64,000 nucleotides of DNA, taken from assembly GCA_030704615.1 (NCBI GenBank), contig CM060731.1, forward strand, positions 7,502,001-7,566,000, in the 5' to 3' direction. This document shows positions 38,883 to 51,649 of this stretch, one piece after another. The translations under genes were made by a program, and so were the position numbers. Origin of the DNA: Takakia lepidozioides (taxonomy: Eukaryota > Plantae > Bryophyta). How positions within the stretch are numbered: position 1 is the stretch's first letter; each line of letters opens with the position of its first letter. A model generated the notes under the pieces. The model had not been told where the DNA came from and ran no database searches. It saw nothing but the letters and a program-made list of their open reading frames with translations.

Positions 38883-39434
38883 ATGTCGTGCCCGAATCAC
38901 ATCTATCGACGCCAGACGGGAGTCATTTTCCCGAAAGCAGACGACATCATTGTCTTCCTGGATGTTTACAGGGACGATCCTCGACTTGTCCAGCTGAGAG
39001 CAATGGAGTTTCTTCCAGGATTGCACGATTCTCCTGGACCCCGGCTGGGGAGCAGGTGGTTCCTACGCATCATGGACCTGGACTTTCCGCATGTGTGGGA
39101 GCCGAACAGATCACGCACAGCGTTGCTGTATCGCTGGAATTGTTGCGAGTGGACGTATGATGAGTGCATAGGTGAAAACTTTACGCGTGGACGGACTGGC
39201 TCGGAAAGTGGGGACATTCTCTTCAGTTATGAGGATGAGGAGGAGGGGAACACAGGGCCCACTGTGAAAATGTCCTTCTACCAAGGGGGCGCTATCGATA
39301 AACACGACATCCTCGTTAGTTTCAACCGGGCGACAGAAACCACTGACATTTTGTTCAAATATAGGCACCCGGTCACTGAGGAGGTCCTTGAGAGGCCAGT
39401 TCGAGTTCCTTCTTCTTGGGCGAGGGGACCATAG
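38883..39434 (+). CDS. Uncharacterised 183-aa accessory ORF convergent with the Mutator transposase
   Basis: Intact ATG-to-TAG frame with globular-looking composition. The position is analogous to mudrB, but no homology was recognised. Confidence 0.5.
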   Translation: MSCPNHIYRRQTGVIFPKADDIIVFLDVYRDDPRLVQLRAMEFLPGLHDSPGPRLGSRWFLRIMDLDFPHVWEPNRSRTALLYRWNCCEWTYDECIGENFTRGRTGSESGDILFSYEDEEEGNTGPTVKMSFYQGGAIDKHDILVSFNRATETTDILFKYRHPVTEEVLERPVRVPSSWARGP

Positions 39435-39892
39435 GTCTTGCATGCTAGAGTAGACATGTTTCAACTTGCTGACACTCATGGCACATACATTTTCATTCAG
39501 AAATCAAGCAGCTTCCCTGTGCCATATGGGGAATATACAGGCTTCGATAATCTTCTGTTAATGTTATTTGCAATTCACTGCCAGTATGCTGGGACGTGTC
39601 CTTTGTCGTATGGATTGCTGTTTGCACAAGGTGCAGTATGCAAATGCTGGAATGTGCAGTAGGACCCTTCCCACTGGGACACAGAACTAGCAATCTTGTA
39701 AAGGCATCACATTTGCAGAACAGTAACAATGTATTTGTAGCAAATTGGAGTCTTCTCATAAAGGTGGACGAAATTCACATGTAGCCATGGCGATGCGGCA
39801 CCACCAAGTGTATAATTCCTCACAAAAAAATAGGGTGCAAGAAGATGAATGTAATATAATTGCCACTTTCTCTCCTTCCCGAATGTGGAATG

Positions 39893-42800
39893 TCAAGCAG
39901 TCCGACCAGTATCCTGCCGTAGGGCCTTGTGCAGCTCGTTGAAACTCAGTGTTGGAGCATGGATGAACACGTCCACTGCGGATATGCAACTCATGCGCTT
40001 CATAAAAATGTAATAAAGGTGTTTTGCAAGGGACGTATGCTGCATTCCTCGATTCCATAACAAGGAAGTCCTCACAGTTGCAAGCTGGGTACTGTGAAAC
40101 CGTGATTGCATACACGACACTGCGCGCAGCAGACCCGGCTGTTGACAACTGAAATATGCGCCCCATCCCGGGGTGAGGAACATCCCTGCAACCTTGCACT
40201 ATGCAGGGCATTGCAAGAGCGTTGGCCATCCTGGTGTCGTTCGCCTTTGTTGGTGGCCGCCGTCTTTTCAGTTTACCCCACCGATGGGTGGGCCAAGCTG
40301 CGGGGTCACCCACCGGTATGCGGGGCGAAGAGCTTCTCGTGGGAGGAGGATGACGATTGGGAATTGGATTTCGTGGAACGTCTGTCCTCTCCACCAGTCG
40401 AAACCCTGCACTTCCTAGAGCGTCTACCTCCTCCAGGGTAAGATCTGTACCAGTTGCCACAGGCCAGACTGCCGGTGGTTCAGGCATGCCTTGTACACCA
40501 TACTTGGGCTTGCCGAACACACACGACATGATGTCGTGCCTGCAGAACCAAAACTCCTTCAGTGTGGCCTCCACAAACTTTGTGCACACAAATCTCCCTG
40601 TGAAGCAAGGGGCAGGCACACCGCCCTGCGGGCTCCTCCGAATCATCTCATTGCATCTCTGGTTGGTGTCGACACGAACAGCACAACATTTGCCACGAAA
40701 TGTCGGACGGGTCCGTGCAATTCTCCACTGCGAGGCCGACACATCTCGCTCCACGATTGGAATGTTGTATTGGGTAACGAAAACAGGAGCAACATGCCCA
40801 TCCTCGGCATGTTGTCCCGAGTCTGGCAGCGATTCCATGGATGCTGCAGGAGAGGGGGTACGAGTCCTGCTTCGTGGAGGCGTGGGACGCAACATCGTTG
40901 CGCCCCGAGGTTGAGTGCGGATGTTCATATCTGATCTCCATGAATCCCCATCCCCTCCGGGCATGTCCTCAATTCTTCTCTTCACCGGCCGGCTGCGGAC
41001 ATCGCCCTCCAGGCAGTTCCCGTTCCCCCGACTGTGTAACGGCGTTGACCTTATAGTTTCCCGCAATGCAGCAGTCCATTTTTTGGGATCGGTCGAACGA
41101 TGCGCCGCCCTCATCAGCATCTCCTGCCTGTCTGGTCCGATACCCCATTGCTTTCCTCCCAGAAACTGGTAGTAATGAGATTGTTGCATGATGGCCCTCA
41201 CAATATCTTCTGTTGTTGCTGTCAACATGTCAACGAGATGTGCTGCAGAGGAAGCACGCCAGGAAGAGTGCACCGATTCGGCCATGTTCGTCGTCGGATA
41301 TCCGTGTCATCCTCCAAGCTCATGTCCTGTTGAAGGAAATTAGATATGTCACCGATTGTGGAGAATGTCCAAGCACAAAACAGAACAATTGTCAAGTACA
41401 GAAATGTGTTACCTGTCTCATGTAGTCTCCAAACTGGCGGAATCTATAATGCCACCACGCAAGCCACGTTTGCAGTTCTGGCTGATCTTTCACATCCACT
41501 GCCCCTGAAGACACCCACCAGGCGCGTATGGTTGCAAACTCGGTCTCCGCCTCGTCGATGGAATTCGCATTTTTCCACGCTAGGCACATACTGATATGAT
41601 CCTGCCGGTGGCGTGACGCCACGAACCTTTTCGTGTTTTGCGTCAAACTCTGCATGAAGTGGAACCCGCAAGATCTCTCATTTCCTTCCATTGGAGTCTT
41701 TGGGTCGTCCCCATATACCCTCCTAACTGCAGCCCAGTTTGCCTGGGCATTGTCAGCCATGAAGCCCCTAAAATCGGGAGGGGGCAACTTGGCTCTCGCC
41801 ATTTGCTCATTAATTCCGCGCCACATATGCAACTCCGAATCTGTGTCTTCTCCCTTCGTTTCGCAGATAACAATGGTCATCAACTTTCTGCAATGTGGGT
41901 CGTATACATGTGCCCCCATTGTCACCCAATCGTGGTTGGTAATTCGCCGGATGTGGTCAAACATGACCCAACAATTTGAGAGGTCTCCACTGATCATCCG
42001 CTTCACCAAATCGACGCCGCTCCCCGGTCCGCACGTTGACATCTTAAATATGAAGCACTTGTCCATCTCCGAGCCTTGACCAGGAAAGAAGCTGCCTTGG
42101 ATGAAGTCGTAGCCGCATGTGCGTTTCACTTCCAAGATGGAGTGCATGTCTGATCCTCTTCCGATTCATTTCTTGCAGCTGACAATGTGGTTCCTGACAT
42201 TGGGGCTGCACACATGGGGAGACAGCTTCCAGCAGGTCCTTCATGTCCCCCTCGCCCAGCTTCTCTTGTGCTTCCGTCCTCCGACATTATTCTGCCAATT
42301 GCAATCCTATGTGCCGATGCGAGCTGTATCTGTTTTGGTTTTGCACCCGGCCTCAACCTCACCTCCTCCTTGATAATATCCTGGGCTTGTTGAAAAGCGA
42401 CTCTGCAATTGCCTCTGGCGAGGGGGTGCTCATGCTTTCCGATGTGAATGCATGCTCTGGTGCACGCTGGGCCGACGGTCCCGACGTAGTACTGCTTGGC
42501 GTTGCACACTGCCATGCACGTAGGGGCTGCGTTGCAATGGGCACACTTGAACGTCCCTGCAGGAACTCTACCTTGAGGCCAAAATGGGGTCGACGAATTG
42601 CCAATCCAGTCAGTCTCATTCCTGGTGCCTTTGCTAGTGTAATGGTAACATGTGCTCGAGAAACATTTAAGATGCCCAACACACAATACATATCTCACTC
42701 GAACTCCATCACCCAGGTTGGACGATGAAGTTTTGGTGACACACCAAGGGTGGCCGTCATGTTTCCTGTTCATTCCTGCGAGCATGCCGTCTGGGCCTGC

Positions 42801-43497
42801 GCCTGCCGGCACTGGAGGGAACTCGTAGATAGCATTCCCATCCACAACATCAGGCAAAGTTTCCACAGAATGGATTGGAGTTTTGTCGTAATCAAGCCTA
42901 AGAAGGTCACTGGAGCGGGAACCCGTTGTCTTCATCCTCCGCAATATGTCGATTACTGAGCGGACAGAAGTTGAGTCAGACGGTGTATGCTGAACACTCC
43001 TAGTGACGGACGACTTCGAAACATACGATGGAAGGACCATACAGTCTTCATCGTCACTGGATAAGTCCTGGACGACTGTTTCCCTGTTTTCCTGATTTCC
43101 CTTTTCACATGTTTGGGCTTCTCTGCTTGTGAAGAGGTGCCCACATCCTTCACATCTTGCACTCCAGACCCTCTTGTGGAAGGAGGATCAACCAAGTTCC
43201 AGCGTGGGAACTCTTTAGGCACGATTTCACCAATGGCACTGTACCGGATGGATTCAGAAGCTGGGAGCCGCCACTCTTTGCCTTTTCCGAAATCTGCATG
43301 CAGAATGACACGGCACTTTCCACAAAATTTCCATAAGCATCCTTCGTCTCCTCTTCCAAAAACACCGTTCCAGGGCGGAGCCCGAACTTCACACACAAGT
43401 ACTGCTCAGTGACAATCGCAAATCCTTGGTCGCAGGGTATTTTAGCTTTCAGAGAATCAGGATGGAAGTACACGTTGACCCAAACACGGGAGTCCAT
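39893..43497 (-). pseudogene. GCM-like zinc domain + MULE DDE + SWIM transposase
   Basis: CVGHLKC...C...KCAHC...C...HIGKHEHP; WVMFDH, FMADNAQAN, SCGFHF, NMAES; SWIM CNCEDF...PCKH. One intron at about 41330-41409; several frameshifts. Confidence 0.85.
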
Positions 43498-43559
43498 TTT
43501 GAAGACGGGACCTCTCGGTACGCTCCGCAACGAAGTCCTGCAATGAGAAGAGTGTGTCG

Positions 43560-44322
43560 TGCCGCTCCACACATGAATCCCATGCCTCCCATATCTCCTC
43601 CCTCAGGAGCAGGAGGTGGACCATCCGGCCTTAGAGCCGGTACCACCTGAGCTGTAGCCATGGCAGCGAGCCTCCGCTCTAGCTGCTGAAGCCGGTTGGC
43701 CATGCCTTGGTCAACACCCTGACCTCCACGTCCTTGGCCATGTTGAGGTTGCCCTTGGCTTGCACCTCGTGGCTGGCCACCTCGTCCTCTCTGGGCTGCT
43801 CCACCTCACCCCCGGCCACCATTGTTCCTTTGGAACTGGCCTGGGTGCAACTCAGGATGCAAACCATAACACTGGGCGTCTCCATGCCCGTGCTTGCCAC
43901 AATACCCACACTGCAACTGTGTAGGCTGTGCATGTGCCGGCCCTTTGCCTCCCTCTGGGCAATCCTTCTTGACATGGGGTCCTCCACATGTCCAGCACAC
44001 CACATCCGCCCGTTGTTGGCCAGCAAATGAAGGGAGAGACCCCTGCATCTGAGGTCCTCTCTGCCCTTCCCTGAGCTTCACCTGAGCCCCCTTGTTGCCT
44101 TGAGCACATTGAGGTAGTGGTTGGCTAGGAGCACTACTCCCCCTGGTGTCTCCTTAGAAAATTTCACCATGACCACTCGTTCCTCCACCATGTTGAGCTC
44201 TATCCGCTCTGCCAGCAAAAACACATTTGCTAAGGTGGGTTGGGCCGCTTGTAGGAGAGTTGCATCCCGCACCCTTCTCCTCAGCTCCTTGTCCAATATC
44301 CCATACCAGAATTGGACTGCCC
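43560..44322 (-). mobile_element. Inverted, diverged gag fragment of the same gypsy family
   Basis: QFWYGILDKELRRRV, CWTCGGPHVKKDC, CGYCGKHGHGDAQC, MANRLQQLE. Homologous to about 48200-48970. Confidence 0.9.
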
Positions 44323-44690
44323 TCACAGCCCGTCACAGCCCCAAAGGCCTCATGCACAGCCCCTCACAGCCCATCACAGCCCCAAAGGCCACGGGCACAG
44401 CCTCTCACAGCACAGCCCGTCACAGCCCCAAAGCCAGGGGCGCAGCCCGTCACAGCCCATCACAGCCCCAAAAGGCCACCGGCACAGCCCCTCACAGCCC
44501 ATCACAGCCCCCAAGGCCACCGGCGCACCGTCACAGGCCCTCACAGCCCGTCACAGCCCCGAAGGCCACCGGCACAGGCCCTCACAGCCCCTCACAGCCC
44601 CGAAGGCCACGACATAGCCCCTCGCAGCCCGGCACAACCCGTCACAGCCCTAAAGGCCACCGGCACAGCCCCTCACAACCCGTCACAGGC
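44323..44690. repeat. (N)TCACAGCCC minisatellite
   Basis: Many 10-11-bp CACAGCCC units interspersed with AAGGCCACCGG. Confidence 0.95.
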
Positions 44691-47401
44691 CCATCCATGG
44701 CCGCTCTGGCAGTTTAGCCATTTCTCCAAGGGGTTTAGCCACGCCAAGCTAGGGTTTGTGTCTCTTGGACTCTAGGCTTCTTTCCACCGAGCTATGGCGG
44801 TTGTGAGGAAATCAGCAAGGTATTCTTGCTCTTTCGGCTCCCACACACCACCATAGTAGCCTTAAGCCATGAGGTGGTTGCCACACATTGGCGAAGATGA
44901 GTGCGAGAGACGGTTGATCAGCGAAGGGAAATGAGGCGATAGCCTTACGCAGTCTGCAGTGTTGGCCAAGGACGCCTTCAAGGAGCAGGTGGGTCAATTG
45001 ACAGGCAGCCCAACTGATTCAACTTCTACTTCAAGGCCTCAGCAAGGGGAAGGCGTTCTGAACAAAGTGGCTGGCACCATTTCGCAATTTGTACAGTATG
45101 TGAAGAGTTCCTTAATGCCCAGTTCAGCAGCCCCTGCCAATCGCCCCCTACGACCACTATCAGCACTTGAAAAACGGACAGTCTCAGTTATGAGTAGAGG
45201 AACAGGAGCTATAAGATCAAGCCTTGCGGATGTTGTGGGTGCCGTGCTTGTCCTTGTGTCGCCAGCAAGAAAGCCCTGTGTGTTTATGCTGGGAGGCGAA
45301 TACACCTCTGATACAGTGTCTGCCACAGGCACTTGAGAGTGGAGCTCTGCATCCCTTAGAGAACTCCCAGAACTTCCAGAATGGTCAAACTGATGGTGAG
45401 AGTCCATAACCACGCCATCTGCAGATGCTCGTGATACACTCACCTGTTCTTTTCCTTCATCTGTGATACTTCCTCTTTTTTTCCGGTTATGCTCCTCGCT
45501 GCCTGAACTTGACCATGAGATTGAATCATCATCTTCGGAGTCTGACACAGCTGGTCGCCTATTGGAAGTCACTACAGCAGCCAGTATTTTGGCAGTGTTT
45601 CCATTTACTCCATCTGCTCCTTGAGTCTCCTCTGTCACCTCCATGACAGCAACAACAGATCCTCTAATCACTTGCACTTAAGAGGCTGAGTTGACAGTCC
45701 GTGCCGGATCTATCCCTTGGCTGGTTAAAGACTGTTCAATGCCTCCCAAGGGACTATGAATCTCACTGGCGAAGTCCTGTCGGGGGGAACGGCCTCGGGA
45801 ACCCGTAGATAACCTGGGAACAGGTTGTAATGGCGAGAACGTTTTGGTGTTAAAAAATAAATAAAAAATAAAAAAAAAAAAATAAAATAAAATTTGGTGT
45901 TGTGTTTAAAGAGCCTGGTTGGTCATATCTTTGTCAAATGCTCCGTTTGACTCAGTTTTTGAGGGGATAGCTGCAGAAAGGGGAATCTACCTATCTAGAT
46001 TTGGTTTTTGTTTTTGGGACTCTGCTAGAAATCTATGGAATTTTTAGAGTGTGAGTGTGTCATGAAAGACCCACAATCCTGTTTCTAGAACCTGTTCTGG
46101 TCTACATGAGAGATAAATCTGGGGATGTACTCCTTGTATGGCTGGGGGAAATGAGGACGTAATTGAAGGGCAGGTCTCTTCTCTTAGTCTGTGCACACAA
46201 AGGGACAAGATTTATGTTTCCCAAGGAACTCAGACTGATTTGAGTGGAGAACAGTTGACGAGTTGATTGCATACTGGGAGTCAGGCATTAGCAGTAGACA
46301 ACAGACTGCTATAGTTGGCATTGAGGGCCTCAATATCGCCTTGGACAGTCAGAACTCTGTTGAGCCAGCAGTTTTGCAGCTGTAGGTGAAATACCAAAGT
46401 GGGTGAAAGCTAGGCTTGGAACACAGCCAAAGACAGCCCCGGGGACCAAGGTGTTCAGCCACAAGGCCGTGGTGTACTGGAGCAGAGGAGCAGGAGCTAC
46501 ACAAGTTTGTGCAATCAGACATGGTTGCAGCCCGGATACGCTCTGCACAGGGCAACCACGAGCGGGGGTTCATTAGCAATGACATGTTTGTTGTGCGTGA
46601 AGGAGATGCAGTCATTCGCAATGAGGACACCCGCAACCGTCTCAAAGCTTTCGAGTTGAGAGACTATCAGACCCTACCTTTGTTTTCTTTAGTGTTCAGT
46701 GAGCGGGAGATAGGGGAGTATTGCTTTGTCTCTACCTGGCAGAAAGAGGAGGAGGTTGGTTAGAGCGAGCTACTGTAGCTTGGGGACAAGGTTAGTGGCA
46801 GGTTTCTGGACATAGATATACCTCCTACACCTTACCATCATGCAGAGCGAGGCACTTTGAGAGAAGTCTGGCAGTTGATAGCATAGATCAGGATTAGATC
46901 TTGCTTGGTCGGGCTTCTATTCTTCCCCTCCATCTCTGTACTATTTTCATTACCTTGTACTTGTAGTTGCCAAAGCCTCTCTTGGTGGAGGCCAGTCAGT
47001 CCGGGTTTTGGGCTGGGCTATTCTGCAGGATCAGCATTGCAGCTGGATTTTGGTGTGGGGGTGTTGATGTTTTGATTTCTTTGTTTGGATCCCCCCACAC
47101 CTGCATGCTTGACTGTGCGCATGTTGGTTTTGTGTGGGCGCTTGCTTTCATAGGGATTAGGCCGGATTTGATCACCGGTCAATCCTAGAGTATGCTGTCG
47201 GTGGTGAGGCTGGAGTGATGACCAGCAAGACCACCAGTGTTTCTTCTATGGTGAGGCTGGGTTGATGACCAGCCAACCATAGGAGTTCTTGCGGTGGATG
47301 CAGGTGCAGGTGCCCTGAGCCATTGGGATATGACCCTTAAACTGCAACAGGTGCCCACCCGTGTCACTATTAGAATTAGTACTAGAGCCTTATAGTGTCA
47401 C

Positions 47402-48970
47402 GTGGAGGAGGTGCACATTGTGAGTGTCATCACGGAGTTACCCAAGGGTTTTGAGGGGAGTACGGCTACAGGCAGTAACAGTGAGAGTGGGTTCACAAGA
47501 CGAGGTATTCGGTTCAGACCACCTTCACCTCCACCCTCAACTACTGTAGAGTCAGACACAGACTCGGAGGCTTCATCAACAGGTGTGCACTTTCATTCGC
47601 CATTGTTGTGGGACGACATGGAGGAGATGTATGGAGCTACCAAGGGGCCTCGTAGGTACTCTGGAGCTGTGGGCACAATCGAGTTGGATGACTTTATCCA
47701 GGAGTTCGACAGCTGGTGTGATTTGCAGCAGATGCGCAATCCACAGCTATTCACCCCATTCATGGCGTGGAAGGGACTGTTCCAGCATTTGGAAGGCCCG
47801 CCTATGGACGATTACCACGAGTTCAGGCGAGGACATGAAGCAGAGATTGAGGAGTGGAGGATGTATTGGTCACCTGACTACGTCTCCATTACTCGAGGCA
47901 CACGCGACCAGTAGCTGCATCAGTACCAATAGCTCCCACTGCCAGCACTAGTAGTGGACAAGTAGTGCCAGGTACTTCTGCAGAAGGTGCTACTACTCCT
48001 CCTCCCACGACTACAACACATGTGCCTAGATTCAACCCGGTGGTGGAGTTCTTCCAGGAGTTGCGGAGGAACTACCAAGGTGTACGACAGAGAAGCTGCG
48101 AAGTTTGCAAGACTTCCAGCGCAAACCCAGTGAGAGCCTGCGAGAGGCGTACACTCGTATGAGGCGCTTGATAAGTGTGACCCAAGGGGTTACTGAAGCT
48201 CAGGCAATCCAGTTTTGGTATGGAATTCTGGACAAGGAGCTCAAGAGAAGGGTGCGAGATGCAACCCTGTTACAAGCAGCCCAACCCACATTAGCAGATG
48301 TGTTTCTGCTGGCTGAGCGGATTGAGCTCAACATGGTGGAGGAGCGAGTTGTTACCATTGGATTTGGCAAGGACATGCCATGAGGCGCAGCTGCAGCCCA
48401 CAGGCACAAGGGACTGCCCAACAGCGTGGTCAGGGGGCAAGGTTGCCCAGCCCAAGTTCCATGGAGCTTACAGGGGACCTCAGGTGCAGAGGCCCGTGGC
48501 ATCTTTTGCAGGCCAACAGCAACCAGGGGTGATATGTTGGACATGTGGAGGACCCCATGTCAAGAGAGATTGCCCAGAGAGTGGCAGAAGGCCGGCACAA
48601 GCACAGCCTGCACAGTTGCAGTGTGGGCATTGTGGCAAGTATGGGCATGGAGATGCCCAGTGTTATGACTTGCATCCTGAGTTGCGCCCAGGCCAGTTCC
48701 AAGGGAACAATGGTGGCCGGGGGCGAGGTGGACCAGCCCAGAGAGGACGAGGTGGTCGGGCACGAGGTGCAGGCCAAGGGCAAGCTCAACATGGCCAAGG
48801 ACGCGGAGGTCAGGGTGTTGACAAGGCATGGCCAATCGGCTTCAGCAGCTAGAGCAGAGGCTCGCTGCCATGGCTATAGCTCAGGCGGTACCGGCTCCCA
48901 GGCGGGATGGTCCACCTCCTGCTCCTGAGGGAGGAGATATGGGAGGCATGGGATTCATGTGCGGAGCAGC
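47402..48970 (+). pseudogene. gag with two zinc knuckles
   Basis: LQDFQRKPSESLREAYTRM capsid-like motif; CWTCGGPHVKRDC and CGHCGKYGHGDAQC; RGG tract. Frameshifts. Confidence 0.85.
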
Positions 48971-49519
48971 ACTACCACTAGAGCAGGTGGAGTCTGCTGC
49001 AGCCGTGACTCGAGGAGCAGCACGAGTTCCTGAGCCACGAGGTGCAGAGGTGGAGTTGGATCCACAACGTGGGGAGGCAAGCCGTCAGGCAAGGCTGCCT
49101 CAGTCATTCACCTTGGCGGAGACAGTGTCAACGCCATCCATGGCACCTAGTTCTCGCCCGACTGTTACCGAGGCGGAGGTTACTATGCCATTGGGGAGAG
49201 CTACACGTGCAGCACTGACACCTGCTGCCAAGGCTAGTGCAGCCGGTGTGTTGTTGGGGGCAGCCACCTCTGTGTGTCAAGCCCCACTGTTCTCGGCAAC
49301 CATGATTGCGACGCCGGGGGTGAGACCAGCTGCAGTGTTCAGACTAGCAGCAACACTCTGTGAGAGTGGGGAGGTCACTTCATCTTCTGCGGAGTTAGTG
49401 GAAGTGTAGTGGCAGAGGGATCCTCGGATTTGAGGGTCAAGACTGCCACGGCTGCGCCATGGCAAGCTGCAGCTGCCAGGTTGACGGAGCTGCCAGCTAG
49501 GCCAGCCTTTGAGCGCGCC

Positions 49520-49980
49520 ATGGTGACACCTGGAGTTGTCTTGTTAGACAACCAGGGAGGCATTTTCACTTTGAGTGGACCGGCAGGCAAGAAGTACCGG
49601 CCACTGCGGGTCTTGTTGGACTCAGGAGCTCAGCCACTGATGTTGGGCAGAGCTGCTATTGCAGGTTTGGGCCTCATGGAGGCGGATATGGAGCCTTGTC
49701 CTTTCCAGATACAGACATCTCTGGGAGGATCAGAGCAGGCTCGGGGCATGACACGGCATCAGTTGGCCATTAGACTGCAGCCGGATCATCCTATCGATGG
49801 CTCAGTGATGCGAGCCAAGGCCATTGTGACAGACGCGGTCTCTTACGATGTCCTCGTTGGTGGGGCAGTGTTATACCCCATGGGCTTCACCCTGGACTTT
49901 TGGGAGGAGTCAGCATCCTACAGGCCTGGATGGCAGTCAGGGGATGGTCGCCGTGCACAGCTCCCTGTGACATTCATTGG
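49520..49980 (+). pseudogene. Retroviral-type aspartic protease domain
   Basis: VLLDSGAQ ... YDVLVGG. Confidence 0.85.
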
Positions 49981-50319
49981 GGGTATTGCGGCTGCCCAGC
50001 GGGGCAAGATGCCAACACTAGCCGCCTTTACAGCTGCAGTTAGTTGGCCTGGAGAGTTGCTGGAAGGCAATGCCCATGCAGAGGATGTGCCACCTCCAGC
50101 AGAGCAGGATGACATGCATGGTACGGCGGAGTTGCCTGCCATGGTTGCTCACACTCCATTGTGGGGTACGAGCAAGGATTTGCAGCAGGCTGCTGATGAC
50201 GGGTGCAACAAGCTGGGGGTAGAGCTTTTGTACCGTCAGGAGAGGAGGAGAGTGCGGTGATTGCACCAGGACCACCTCAGTTGTCGCCATTGGACACCAC
50301 ACCTCTTGTGTGCAGTGCC

Positions 50320-51250
50320 CGGATGAAGGCATATGCCTTCTGGACTTGTTTGGCGGGATCAGCACTGGATTGGCTGCAGTGCTGCAGGCAGGTGTACGAG
50401 TTCGACGTTACCTGTATGTGGAGAGGGATGAGACTGCACGACGCGTCTCACTGCGCCATGTTGCTCAGTTGGTGCAGCAGTACCCTGAGTTGTTGCCGGT
50501 GTCTGCAGTTCGTGGATACCAACAGCCTTGCCAGCAGACATTTCGTTGCTGGGGCGCAGGATTTGGAGCGGGTTGGCTCCATTGATCTGGTAGTGGCAGG
50601 TTGGCCCTGCCAAGGGCATTCATCAGCCGGGCATGGCAATGGATTGCGAGACTCGAGGACGGGTCTGTTTTGGGAGATGGTGCGGATTTTGCGCCACTTG
50701 CAGCTTCATCAAGCTGTATCTCCGCATACATCTTGGAGAATGTGCCACTGATGGGTGATTCTCGGGCCAGGGTGATGGCCAGTGTGCATCAAGTCCGGTC
50801 GTGGCTTGGGTCAGCCGCAGTGTTGCTGGATGCACTGCAGAGGGGTCACGGGCTCATCGTCCACGGCTAACTTGATGCCACCCGCACTGCTCAAGCGTGC
50901 ATTTGATGGGGTGGAGCGGCCAGCACACCTCACAGTGGATGGCATTTTGGACACAGGGAGGCAGTATCAACGTGTGAGGACACCACGACCGTTCGCCTTT
51001 GACAGTGGTCAACAGGGTGGGTCAACCACGAGCAGCATTACCTACATGCTCAGCTTCCCAGGATCCCATGCTTTCGAGATGGTGTGGACCTGGCCTCCTG
51101 TGGGATGCTCAGTTGCAGCAGTTAGTGGAGCCCAATGCCGACGAGCGAGAGCGGGCTATGGGGTTTTCCACTGGGACCACGGCGGTGCCTTCTCTTTCTG
51201 AAGCATCACATCGTCAGGTGTTGGGGCAAGCAATGGATCTCAATGCTTGA
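50320..51250 (+). pseudogene. C5 cytosine DNA methyltransferase domain (DNMT3-like), frameshifted
   Basis: Motif I LLDLFGGISTG (about 50337), II YVERD, IV DLVVAGWPCQ (PCQ 50605-50613), GLFWEMVRIL, VI YILENV (50736), VIII AHRPR (about 50852), IX EPNADERERAMGF, X RQVLGQAM. Confidence 0.92.
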
Positions 51251-51649
51251 CTGGATTATCAGTTGGCTATGGCTGAGCAACGTAGAGTGCGGAGTGCACT
51301 TCCTTGACGGTCTCTCTGCCTATCGAGACGGACAGGCAGCGAGGGGGGCGAGCGGTGAGGACCACGGGGTATTGACATCCATGGCACACGTGGGAGGTGC
51401 TCGAGGTCAGAGGGAGTTGGCAGCCAAGGCCGCTGTGATGGATGAGGTCGGGATTCTTCTCGGGTTGAGGAGGTTCTCAGATGAGATGATGGGGAGGATG
51501 GGCCTTGTCATTGACTGAGCAGGAAGGGAGTAGTACTCAAGAGGTTGCAGCATAGCAACCACGGGACGGTCCTCTACCTCTAAGCCCACTGGACTTAAGG
51601 TTGCAGTTACAGAGGACAATTGGGAGCCTGATATTAGACCCATTGTCAC

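Larger units (their letters stand above)
38031..43559 (-). mobile_element. Mutator-like element 1 (one TIR, subterminal array, accessory ORF, transposase); other end missing here
   Basis: TIR GGGGTTGCTATTCCATGAGCTCATGAGC at about 38031 interrupts the pogo CDS. Confidence 0.8.

Noticed and set aside
44323-44690. Interstitial telomere
   Set aside because: The unit is 10-11-bp CACAGCCC-based, not TTTAGGG-like.
50320-51250. Host DRM gene or bacterial contaminant MTase
   Set aside because: Motif order is unpermuted, there are no UBA domains or introns, and it is embedded collinearly in pol with the same level of decay.
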